Shown: in pieces, positions 55,823-64,000 of the stretch
Numbering within the stretch: the first letter of the stretch is position 1
Layout: each line of letters begins with the position of its first letter
Sequence record: MZ475893.1
Strand: one strand, 5' to 3'
Length of the DNA: 64,000 nucleotides
Notes under the pieces: generated by a model
Seen by the model: only the letters and a program-made list of their open reading frames with translations
Databases searched by the model: none
What the model was told of the DNA's origin: nothing
Program-made: the position numbers and the translations under genes

Positions 55823-55876
55823 GCACAAATATGGACAAAATAGTGGTAGCATCTAAAGCATGACCTGTGCTACACT
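55823..55876 (+). promoter_or_regulatory. early promoter (19-bp box + TGn-TACACT) driving no ORF
   Basis: GCACAAATATGGACAAAAT-N29-TACACT. Confidence 0.75.
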
Positions 55877-55882
55877 ATAGAT

Positions 55883-55970
55883 CGAATGCCTTGTAGTTTT
55901 TTGACTGTGAGTTACTTTCCGGCTCACAGTCCTTTTTAAAGTGCTCTCCCAAGAACGCTTTAAAAAGCAC
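55883..55970 (+). ncRNA. putative structured small RNA, copy B
   Basis: Between two promoters, no ORF; stem gactgtgag/ctcacagtc followed by cttttt.aagtg. Confidence 0.55.
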
Positions 55971-55995
55971 AGACTGCCTGCGCTTTTGATAGACA

Positions 55996-56048
55996 GCATA
56001 AATCTGGACAAAATCATGGTTGTATCAGAATGCTGCCTGTCATACACT
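55996..56048 (+). promoter_or_regulatory. early promoter (19-bp box, TTGTAT -35, TACACT)
   Basis: GCATAAATCTGGACAAAAT-N28-TACACT. Confidence 0.8.
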
Positions 56049-56109
56049 TTAATGAGTCGAGCAATAGTGCTCGCAACAAACTAAATCCCAATACTGAGGA
56101 GTATTACAC

Positions 56110-57720
56110 ATGGCACGTTTCGAAACTAACACTAATCTGGTTGGCAAAACTATCGTCCTGCTGAACGGCACCAAAGCGAAGATTGAAGACGCTATCGTTT
56201 CTGGCTACAAAGTGAAAGGCCAGACCAAGCGCATCGCAACCCGTGACGTCATCAAAGAGGGTGCGCACTTTAAAGAAATCGAGCGCACGCCGCTGAGCCA
56301 GCTGGAAGATACTGGCGAAGGTTATGTGAAGTTGAAAGAAGCCAAAGCCGCTTCTAAGAAAGCGCCTGCGAAAGACGCGAAAGCTACTGGCAAAAAAGCT
56401 GCGGCAAAAGACAAGCCTGCTAAGACCAGCAAAAAAGCTGCCGCTAAAGATAAGCCAGCGAAAGAGCAAGAGCCGAAAGTTCGTCGTAAGTCTGCGAAAG
56501 AGCAGGGCAACGATTATCAGGAACTCGCGCAGGCTATCATCAAAGGCGGTCGCCGTGCAGCGCCAGTTGAAATTGACAGCGTGGACGAAGCGCTGACCGA
56601 TGCAATCGCTAAGCGTCTGACCGCTGTTGTCGAATCGTCTGAGATTGCGAAACTCGCCGCTGATAACAAAACGCCGATCGCTAACGCACTGACCGTAACT
56701 TACGGTGCTGAGTTTGCGACTGATGCAAACGTTGTGCAGATTACGCTGAACCTGCAATACGCTAAGCCGACTGCCGTTGAGTCTGCCGCTCCTACTCTGG
56801 AGAATGCCGAAGCAATCGCAATGCGTGCTGCTAAAATGGCCGCACCTAAAGTGAGCGCTAAACTCAAGAAGGCGGTGCGTGAAGCGTTCGACATTGAAAC
56901 AGACCTTGAGCTGGGTACTGTGATTATGTCAGGCGATGATCAATTCGCTTACTACGGCGAAAGCGCGAAGCACGCTGGCAAAGCGCTGCTGTACGTTGTC
57001 GAAACTGACAAGTTCAAATCTGTCCTGGCCTCTACTCTGACCGACTACGAACTGCCTGCTGATGAAGAAGCTGAGGCAGAAGAAGCTGAGGCAGAAGAAG
57101 AAGAGGAAGAAGAAGAAGAGGAAGAAGAAGAAGAAGCCGCTGATGACTTCGACGACGAAGAGGAAGAAGATGCGGACGATGCAGATGATGCCGACGATGC
57201 TGATGGCGACGACGACGAATTCCAGTACGTTGCTGTAGGCGATGAACACTTTGCTCTGGTCAACAAAAAGATCACAGCCAAGTATCACGATGCACTGGCT
57301 GAGCAATTCGGCGTTAGCACCGAAGCGCTGGTCCCAGGCTTAGTGTTGACCAACGGCGAGATCACTTTCGCTTATCTGGGCAACGATAGCAAAGGCGGCC
57401 TGCTCGTTATCGACCTCGACGACGATGCGGACGAAGACGACAACGTTCTGGTCTACCCGAAAGCAGACGTCAAATCACTGACCGACTTCTCTCCTGTGCT
57501 GGGTGATGCAGATGAAGAAGACGCAGACGATGCAGAAGAGACCGACGAAGAAGACGAAGATCAGGACGACGACTTCGAATTTGACGATGCGCCAACTGCT
57601 GACCTCGAAGACCTGTCTGACGATGAACTGCGTGACCGCGCTGTTGAGATGGGCCTGACCACTGTACGCAAAGCTGACAAAATGAACGCCAAGCAACTGC
57701 GTGCGCTGCTGTCTGAATAA
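56110..57720 (+). CDS. modular protein: N-terminal beta domain, histone-H1-like K/A linker, duplicated domain, acidic tracts, C-terminal Rho-N-like HeH
   Basis: 536 aa, GAGGAG RBS, strong expression codon bias; internal repeat K.(S/T)AK...A..E.F...T..L..G.V...G...FAY.G...LTD. Confidence 0.9.
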   Translation: MARFETNTNLVGKTIVLLNGTKAKIEDAIVSGYKVKGQTKRIATRDVIKEGAHFKEIERTPLSQLEDTGEGYVKLKEAKAASKKAPAKDAKATGKKAAAKDKPAKTSKKAAAKDKPAKEQEPKVRRKSAKEQGNDYQELAQAIIKGGRRAAPVEIDSVDEALTDAIAKRLTAVVESSEIAKLAADNKTPIANALTVTYGAEFATDANVVQITLNLQYAKPTAVESAAPTLENAEAIAMRAAKMAAPKVSAKLKKAVREAFDIETDLELGTVIMSGDDQFAYYGESAKHAGKALLYVVETDKFKSVLASTLTDYELPADEEAEAEEAEAEEEEEEEEEEEEEEAADDFDDEEEEDADDADDADDADGDDDEFQYVAVGDEHFALVNKKITAKYHDALAEQFGVSTEALVPGLVLTNGEITFAYLGNDSKGGLLVIDLDDDADEDDNVLVYPKADVKSLTDFSPVLGDADEEDADDAEETDEEDEDQDDDFEFDDAPTADLEDLSDDELRDRAVEMGLTTVRKADKMNAKQLRALLSE

Positions 57721-57741
57721 GTAACCTGTAGTTCTGAATAC

Positions 57742-57763
57742 ATGCGGCTCGAAAGGGCCGCAT
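57742..57763 (+). terminator. GAAA-tetraloop hairpin
   Basis: atgcggctc-gaaa-gggccgcat. Confidence 0.55.
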
Positions 57764-57795
57764 ACTGACAACAAAGTTGATTGAGGAATCACATT

Positions 57796-59058
57796 ATGTC
57801 AAACGCAAATAAAATTCTGCTTAACGCTCGTGTACGTCTGTCCACTGGCACAACTACTTTCATCAACAAGATTAACGCGAACGGCTACGGCATCGATGCT
57901 AAGGGCCCGCAGATTTCTGTGAAGCGTCTTGTTATCGCAGGCAAAATGCTCAAAGAGCTGGCTGAGCCGCTGCCGCAAGGTGAATACGTTGTGCTGAACG
58001 GCGTCACTGTGAAACTGAACAAGCGCCAGCAACGTGAGCTTGCAGAGAAAACGCTCGACACTAAAGCGCTGCTGCCTGATTTAAGCAAGCTGACCTACGT
58101 TGACCCGCAGACAGGCAAAGTCACTGACGCAAAAGTGAAGCAGCCGAAAGCTGGCGCGAAAGCAAGTCTGAAAGCAACGCGTGAGCACAACAAAGAGCCG
58201 CAGCGTAGTCGCAAACAGCACAAAGCTGAAACGAACGATCTCAAAGACAGTCTGGACATTATCGACGAACGCAAATCACCGAAAGCGTCTCTGATTGAAC
58301 GTCTGGATGCAGCAATCGCCGAAGCGAAAACGAAAGCACGCCGTAAGCTGTTAGCCGAAACGTTCGACATGGACTGGGCTGATATTAAAAAGCATGGCGG
58401 TGCGGGTATCGTTAAGCAGCACGGCCGCAAGAACGCCCAGAAGTTTATTGATCGTCAGACAGTGCAGGTCGATAGCACAACGTTCATCAAACAAATGCCA
58501 GCGCCGCTCAAGCGTCTTATTCAGGACACTGAGTTGCGTCTCAATCAAAAGCAGATTGAGCAAGTGCTCGGTGCGCTGGGGCTTGATACGCAATTCTACG
58601 CAGTCGCCGTACAAGAGCTGCTGGGCAAACTCAAACTGTCCATAGGCGGTCGCGTGATCGAAGGCGAAGTTGTTCGAAAGGAGAACACGCCGAAGCCAAA
58701 AAGGTTCGTACACGCTGAGGCGATATATGCAGACAAGAAAGAAGCCAAGCGCCGCGTAAGCAAAATGAAATATGCGCTGCTGATTCCGCCTAAGAAAGGT
58801 CTGCCTGCGTTGCGTATGCATCAAATCGATGCAAAGCAGTCACTCGCCGTTCTGCTGCACCTGAAGCCTGGGAACATCAAGCGTGGTCTGCTCGCGTATG
58901 ACAACAAAGGCCGTGAGTATATGTATGTCGCTTGCGATATGACGGGCCCTGTGTTCATCGATAAAGATAGCAACGAGCTGGCGTTCACGTATGCCAATCT
59001 GATCGATAACTTCAAACTCAAAGCGCAGCCTGTGTCTGAACTGGACGTGGCCGTATGA
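57796..59058 (+). CDS. basic protein, N-terminal domain paralogous to 56110..57720
   Basis: GAGGA RBS before ATG 57796; 11/48 ungapped identities with the 56110 N-terminus. Confidence 0.85.
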   Translation: MSNANKILLNARVRLSTGTTTFINKINANGYGIDAKGPQISVKRLVIAGKMLKELAEPLPQGEYVVLNGVTVKLNKRQQRELAEKTLDTKALLPDLSKLTYVDPQTGKVTDAKVKQPKAGAKASLKATREHNKEPQRSRKQHKAETNDLKDSLDIIDERKSPKASLIERLDAAIAEAKTKARRKLLAETFDMDWADIKKHGGAGIVKQHGRKNAQKFIDRQTVQVDSTTFIKQMPAPLKRLIQDTELRLNQKQIEQVLGALGLDTQFYAVAVQELLGKLKLSIGGRVIEGEVVRKENTPKPKRFVHAEAIYADKKEAKRRVSKMKYALLIPPKKGLPALRMHQIDAKQSLAVLLHLKPGNIKRGLLAYDNKGREYMYVACDMTGPVFIDKDSNELAFTYANLIDNFKLKAQPVSELDVAV

Positions 59059-59441
59059 GAACTGAAATCATCGTAGCGGGAGTTCTCTCTCAACTTTACA
59101 CGCGGCTGATTACGGCCGCTATAATGAAAGCGCATGTGTATTACTCAGACCTTGCGCCGGTGGTGTTCGGTGTGCAGCTTACCAAAGTCGGTAAGTCGCA
59201 GTATCAAGCGCTGTGGGATTTAGTAGCGCTGACGATGCAGATGGATCACGCACACGGCCGACCGCCTGTTGCTGCTCTGTATGTGTCTCGCGCTAATGCA
59301 TCAAAACGACCGCCGCAAGCATTCTTCGCTGAATACGAGCGGCTAACTGGTAAGCGACTCAATGACGACGACTGGGAAGAGTTAGTCGATGAAGTATGGG
59401 CAGCTTACTCTCCACCAGAACTGTGTCAGGAGCCGACATGA
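59055..59441 (+). CDS. putative winged-helix (MGMT/ATL-like) DNA-binding protein
   Basis: Y.DLA...HGRPPVAALYVSR...RP..AFF...W...VDEVW..Y pattern; fold call is tentative. Confidence 0.5.
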   Translation: MRTEIIVAGVLSQLYTRLITAAIMKAHVYYSDLAPVVFGVQLTKVGKSQYQALWDLVALTMQMDHAHGRPPVAALYVSRANASKRPPQAFFAEYERLTGKRLNDDDWEELVDEVWAAYSPPELCQEPT

Positions 59442-59896
59442 AGAAGTTGAAAGCCGTAAAGGTTAAAATTAGCCGCGGTGGTTATAAGCCTTCTTCTAAG
59501 GAAGAGGCAAAGAAGCTGGTGGCAGAGTTTCTGCTCGGTACCATCGGCATTAGCCCAACGCAAGTCAGTCAACAACTGCTGTTGAATATCACGAACTACA
59601 ACTATTTGACCTCTGTTGCGTATTCTGGACGTTCTACAGATTACAGCCAAGCGGCAGCGCACAAAACTGTAAAAGAACTAAATGAATTTTGTCGAAAGCA
59701 TAAAATTCAACTGGGCTTGCTAATTATGCCCCACACGTCGGCGTCTGAATATGATGGTGACGTAATTGTTGCAATCCCGTGGGAGCATGTTAAGAACAAT
59801 CCGCAAATCCAGTCTGCCGTTAATTCTCTGTTTGAATCGGTTGAAGCAGACGGCTACCCACAGTATGTGACTGATGCTAAAACAGTAGAGGGATAA
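59438..59896 (+). CDS. hypothetical protein
   Basis: AGGAG RBS before ATG 59438. Confidence 0.75.
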   Translation: MKKLKAVKVKISRGGYKPSSKEEAKKLVAEFLLGTIGISPTQVSQQLLLNITNYNYLTSVAYSGRSTDYSQAAAHKTVKELNEFCRKHKIQLGLLIMPHTSASEYDGDVIVAIPWEHVKNNPQIQSAVNSLFESVEADGYPQYVTDAKTVEG

Positions 59897-59897
59897 G

Positions 59898-61178
59898 ATG
59901 TTCTACGACTATGTATTCAACTTCGACGAGCGCCAGACGCTACTGTCGTTAGCGGAATCCAAGTATCTTCTTAAACGGGACATTCCCGAGTATCTTAAAA
60001 AGTCCAAACACGCAATTGAGATTCGTCACACTGTGACCAATCGTGGACGCGAGCGCCGCTCAGGAACAATAACAACTCCTATCGTGCCGCGTATTCACAC
60101 CCGTGATGTTATGCGCTTGCTTGATGATATTCGTGACAACGCGACTTACAGCTCCTGCCAAAGTCTCGCTGAACTGTTTGAATTGGGCTTGGGCGTTCCG
60201 CGCCAGAAAGATATTGCTACTTACCTTCATGCTTATTCGCGTGAGCACGATAAGAAAGGTATCGGTATCAAGTATATCCGCAAGCTGGTGGTTGATTATC
60301 ATCGTAAGCACCGTCGTAGTATGGCGGGCAGTCGCTGGTTAATGCCTGCTGCTTACACGGCCAATCTGCTGAACATGCAGAACTTCATTCATCTGAAAGA
60401 AGACGGCTACAAGGGTAAAGTCAAAACGCCAGACGGCATCCCTGTAGTCTTGATTTACCAGAGCACTGAATACGCGACTGGCGAGTTTACTCTGTGTGAC
60501 GCATTCATGATTAGTCCGATGGGATATCCAATGCCGTTCGCTCAGATTGCGCTGCGTCCCGAGTTCAAGGCTGTGCCTAAAACGTTTTGCTCCCAAGCTC
60601 TGCGCGGCAAAGGCATGTACTCAATGGTTCTCGGTATGATTTACTGGGAGAAAGGTGATTCAGTCGAATTGACACGCGAAGTCATGGAGATTGATGACAA
60701 CCAGTATCTCACGTTGCTCGATGATGAACGTTATGCTGACCGCCGCTCTGATGAATATTCAGCGATGCTGGTCAAGCGTGAAGAGTTCCGTCGCAATCGT
60801 GACAAGTGGCAGTCAGTGATTGATAAGTACGGCCAGACAGTTCGAACTCTCAAGCCTGAGATTAGCGCTCGTCTTGATCGTGCTCGTCAGTTCTTCTACG
60901 ACCGCTCCGAGTTCCTGAAAGAGTTCGAGTCTCAGGAGAAGCGTGAGAACACCCGCGCATCAAAACGTTTTGCTGTAGCGTCTGCGATGTTTGCTGCGAT
61001 TGACTGTGGGACAATTGCTGATCGTCAGACCTACCTTGCAGTGAGCACAAAGATTGATAAAGTGCATGACATTCTCGGTAAGTGGGGATTCAACACTGTA
61101 AAATCTGTTAATGCTAGTTTGAAGAAGTCTCTTTTAACCTATGACGAATCAGGCGTATCTCGCGTCTGGTCACTATAA
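59898..61178 (+). CDS. hypothetical protein with a single Sel1-like motif
   Basis: 426 aa; LAELFELGLGVPRQKDIA. Confidence 0.8.
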   Translation: MFYDYVFNFDERQTLLSLAESKYLLKRDIPEYLKKSKHAIEIRHTVTNRGRERRSGTITTPIVPRIHTRDVMRLLDDIRDNATYSSCQSLAELFELGLGVPRQKDIATYLHAYSREHDKKGIGIKYIRKLVVDYHRKHRRSMAGSRWLMPAAYTANLLNMQNFIHLKEDGYKGKVKTPDGIPVVLIYQSTEYATGEFTLCDAFMISPMGYPMPFAQIALRPEFKAVPKTFCSQALRGKGMYSMVLGMIYWEKGDSVELTREVMEIDDNQYLTLLDDERYADRRSDEYSAMLVKREEFRRNRDKWQSVIDKYGQTVRTLKPEISARLDRARQFFYDRSEFLKEFESQEKRENTRASKRFAVASAMFAAIDCGTIADRQTYLAVSTKIDKVHDILGKWGFNTVKSVNASLKKSLLTYDESGVSRVWSL

Positions 61179-61199
61179 CCCTTATCTGAGGAGATAAAC

Positions 61200-64000
61200 A
61201 TGTCCGAGAACAATCAAAGCGGAGCTACTCGCTTCGGCACAGAAGTGCAGGCCGGCATCGCAGAAGCGCAACGCCGTGCTAACTCTGCTGAGAGTGGCAA
61301 GCTGAACAAATGCACGATCATCGTGCTGACTTCGATTGACGCCAACCAGCGTTACTCTTATCTGTCCGCAGACGAACAACTGCGCGAAGAACTGGTGCGC
61401 GGTAAAGTAATCAACCGTCTGCCTGACCTGTTAGAGCGTGCTGGTGGTAATACCGCTGCTGACAATAACAGCGCGTTCCACATCCTGCACCCAAACAACG
61501 GCGTGCCTACCTCGATCGATGCTCGCATCAAAGTGGGCGAAGGCAATGCGGTCATTCTGTCGTATACTGTAAACAAAGCAGTGACAGAGATGCACGGTAG
61601 CTTATCGCTTGCTCTGTTTGCATCTGGCGCCGAAGACTTAAATGATCTCGCCGCTGATTTCGGTATTCACGCAATTGCGATTGTTGAAGAATCGAAAGCC
61701 GCTGAGTTCATCAAAGGACTTGAAGCTCAGGTGGAAGCGTTGAATATTGTAAATCTCACTAGCATTGATGATTCTAACGATTCGTTAGACCTGCCAGTGA
61801 TTGACTTCGCTGCATTAGCGGGCAATCCTACAACAGTGCTTACGGGTGCTGTGCGTACCTTCATCATGCAATCAATCAGCGGCGAAGTCTTCGCTGCAAT
61901 CCCTAATAACGGAGAACTGAACGTGAAAAACGATAACGTGGCTCAGCCTGCTGACCTGGAAGAAGACTTCGACAACAATGATGAGATTGTTGATCAGAAC
62001 GGCGGCGAAGGCGAAGTTACTGGCGAAGAGCTGCTGGGCTACAAAGCAGAAAATCTTTCGCTCGACCAAATGCGTAGTGCGCTTGAAGCGATCAACTACG
62101 ACCTGTCTGAAATGACGGAAGAAGCCATCCGTGAAGCGTTCGAAACTGAACAGAACCTTTACCTGGGTGGCGGCGATGATGAATCTTCCGAAGAAGAGGA
62201 AGATGAAGACGCCGCTGATGTTGACAGCGACGAAGAAGAAGAGGAAGAAGACGAGGAGTTCGATGCTCCTGCGTATCTGGCTCAAGCGCTCGCTGCTGAA
62301 AACTTCAGCCGTAGCGATCTGAAACTGCTGGTCAAGTCGCAAGACCTGAAAGTTATGAAGAACGACACTCCTGAAACTCTGGTGCAGAAGCTGCTGGACC
62401 TGGTGCAGGACGCATCGTCTGATGAAGTGTTCGAACTGATCACTGTGTTCGTTGAACTGCTGGACGAGCACGGCGTTGAGTGTGACGCGCTGCGTGCTAC
62501 CATCGCTGAGGATGAAAGCGATGAAGACGAAGAAGAGGACGGCGAAGACGAAGACGAAGACGCCGATGAAGATGGCGACGACGAAGAAGAGGAAGATGAA
62601 GAGGAGTCTGATGAAGACGAATCTGAAACCGAATCTGACGACGAACCCGCAACGCTGTTTTCTGCCTCTGACGTTACTGATCCTCTCGACTACTTCCAGT
62701 TCGAAGGTGGTGACCTGACTCACGAACAACGCGCCGCTGCCGTACAGGCGATGGGTTCAAGCACTGTTGGTCTGAACATCGTTCAGGTCATGAAAGCGTT
62801 CAATCAAATCCGTTCACAGTCTAACGCGATTGACATTGCCGCTGATGAAGCCGACTCTGCGCTGTACGACATGCTGACTGCGCTGCCGTATGCAACGCTG
62901 CTGAGCTTCGCTCAAGAGATTGAGCTGGACGTTGATGGCGAAGAGTCTGCCGAAGATCTCGTCACTCTGCTGATGGACGAATCTACTGCCGACAGCGATA
63001 CGCTGAAAGCGCTGGCGTATGTGTTCGAAACCTACGGCGGCCTGGGTGTTGAAGCAGATGATATCCTGCTGATGGACTGGCATGAAGCGCTGGCGCTGGT
63101 TATTCCTGTGTATGCATCGTCAGACGAAGTTGAGTCTGATGCAGAAGAAGACGAAGACGAAGACGTTATCGCCGATGAAGATTCGTCTAACGCTAACCTG
63201 AAGTTCCTGAAATCTGTTGACGTCAACAATCCTGTCGGCCCGATGCTTGAAGTTGATATGGACCGCACTCTGGTTATCAACTACACCTTCACTGACGGTA
63301 ACACTTACCGCGATGTGCAAGATGAGCTGGCTGATATCGGTGGCGTTAACTACCGCTTCCCGTTCAATCTGGGCAAAGCTGGTAAAGCAAACAAGAGCAG
63401 TGCGCCTGGTAGCCTGATTGCTCCTGCTGAACATCTGATCGCAATGTTAGACCGCGCCGGTACTACCCGCTTCTTAGCTGACCCGAACACCTTCGATGTT
63501 GGTGTGTGGGCAGAATCTCTGGAGCGTATGCTGAACGCAGAAATCTCTAACAACCTGTACGCTGGTCGCATTGAAGATGGCGCTGACCCGCAGCAAGCTG
63601 GCATCGTAGTCGGTGACTTCATCGATGAAGACGAGCAAGCAGAAGTTGCTGACCTCGGCCTGCTGGATGAAGATGAGCTGGAAGCGTACACTGGTGATCA
63701 TCTGCCGATTGCAAGCCTGTACAATGCGCAAGCCCGCGTACGTCCAGTCAACGTCGATAGCTCTTACGTTGCACTGAGCACCGTAGTGCTGAACGTTGCA
63801 GTCCCTGGCTTCTGGTGTGACTCTGATGTTGGCCGTCTGGTGCAAGCGTGTGTTAATCGCGTAATCAGCCTGGCGGAAAGCGTTGAAGGCATCAAAGTGT
63901 ATGCAGGCTTCACTCTGGAATCTGCTGCGCTGCTGAACAACGGTCGCCTGTACGAAGTTGTTGGTGCGCTGCGTGAGATGGACGGTGTGCAGTCTTACTC
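61200..64000 (+). CDS. very large acidic protein (>933 aa), 3'-truncated by window edge
   Basis: GAGGAG RBS; frame read manually and open to the end of the window (absent from the track because there is no stop); poly-D/E tracts and HeH-like repeats. Confidence 0.9.
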   Translation, partial: MSENNQSGATRFGTEVQAGIAEAQRRANSAESGKLNKCTIIVLTSIDANQRYSYLSADEQLREELVRGKVINRLPDLLERAGGNTAADNNSAFHILHPNNGVPTSIDARIKVGEGNAVILSYTVNKAVTEMHGSLSLALFASGAEDLNDLAADFGIHAIAIVEESKAAEFIKGLEAQVEALNIVNLTSIDDSNDSLDLPVIDFAALAGNPTTVLTGAVRTFIMQSISGEVFAAIPNNGELNVKNDNVAQPADLEEDFDNNDEIVDQNGGEGEVTGEELLGYKAENLSLDQMRSALEAINYDLSEMTEEAIREAFETEQNLYLGGGDDESSEEEEDEDAADVDSDEEEEEEDEEFDAPAYLAQALAAENFSRSDLKLLVKSQDLKVMKNDTPETLVQKLLDLVQDASSDEVFELITVFVELLDEHGVECDALRATIAEDESDEDEEEDGEDEDEDADEDGDDEEEEDEEESDEDESETESDDEPATLFSASDVTDPLDYFQFEGGDLTHEQRAAAVQAMGSSTVGLNIVQVMKAFNQIRSQSNAIDIAADEADSALYDMLTALPYATLLSFAQEIELDVDGEESAEDLVTLLMDESTADSDTLKALAYVFETYGGLGVEADDILLMDWHEALALVIPVYASSDEVESDAEEDEDEDVIADEDSSNANLKFLKSVDVNNPVGPMLEVDMDRTLVINYTFTDGNTYRDVQDELADIGGVNYRFPFNLGKAGKANKSSAPGSLIAPAEHLIAMLDRAGTTRFLADPNTFDVGVWAESLERMLNAEISNNLYAGRIEDGADPQQAGIVVGDFIDEDEQAEVADLGLLDEDELEAYTGDHLPIASLYNAQARVRPVNVDSSYVALSTVVLNVAVPGFWCDSDVGRLVQACVNRVISLAESVEGIKVYAGFTLESAALLNNGRLYEVVGALREMDGVQSY

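Noticed and set aside
54849-55943. The paired hairpins as RNA anti-CRISPR (solitary CRISPR repeat) units
   Set aside because: No resemblance to recalled type I-E or I-F repeat sequences; kept only as generic structured RNAs.
59667-59674. CTGTAAAA inside the 59438 gene as a promoter
   Set aside because: Mismatched last base, mid-gene position, and explained by the codons for TVK.
1-64000. tRNA, rRNA, integrase, transposase or CRISPR array
   Set aside because: No cloverleaf/T-loop signature, rRNA-like tract, recombinase motif or repeat-spacer array seen by eye; tRNAscan-SE and CRISPR finders would confirm.

Overview
A 64 kb, gene-dense, almost entirely plus-strand segment of a large lytic (jumbo) bacteriophage of Enterobacterales. 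Gene content and style resemble the Erwinia/Dickeya 'hairy' jumbo myophages (Y3/Yoloswag/JA11-like); this is inferred from recalled gene content, not a database match. 1-17 kb: an Ig-repeat virion protein and a replication/transcription module (DnaG primase, Cas4-like nuclease, phage sigma factor, gp32-like SSB, intein-containing RecA/UvsX). 17-24 kb: a compositionally distinct accessory block with an AcrVA2/FinQ-like protein and an AmsF/WceF-like EPS-modifying enzyme. 24-64 kb: a long early/accessory region with about 11 look-alike host-RNAP promoters, many small ORFans, UvsE, Tpt1/KptA, a radical SAM enzyme, YbiI/TraR, dUTPase, SLT, an HD hydrolase and giant acidic modular proteins. Highlights: several anti-defence candidates (Acb1, AcrVA2-like, NADAR-like, HD and calcineurin-like phosphodiesterases); two paralogous promoter-proximal structured RNAs with a compensatory base change; a conserved 19-bp upstream promoter box; a second promoter motif (CTGTAAAY) that may be read by the region-4-less sigma factor; a radical SAM enzyme with a repetitive Cys-aromatic tail; and repeated Rho-N/SAP-like helix-extension-helix modules. 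No tRNA, rRNA or CRISPR array was seen.
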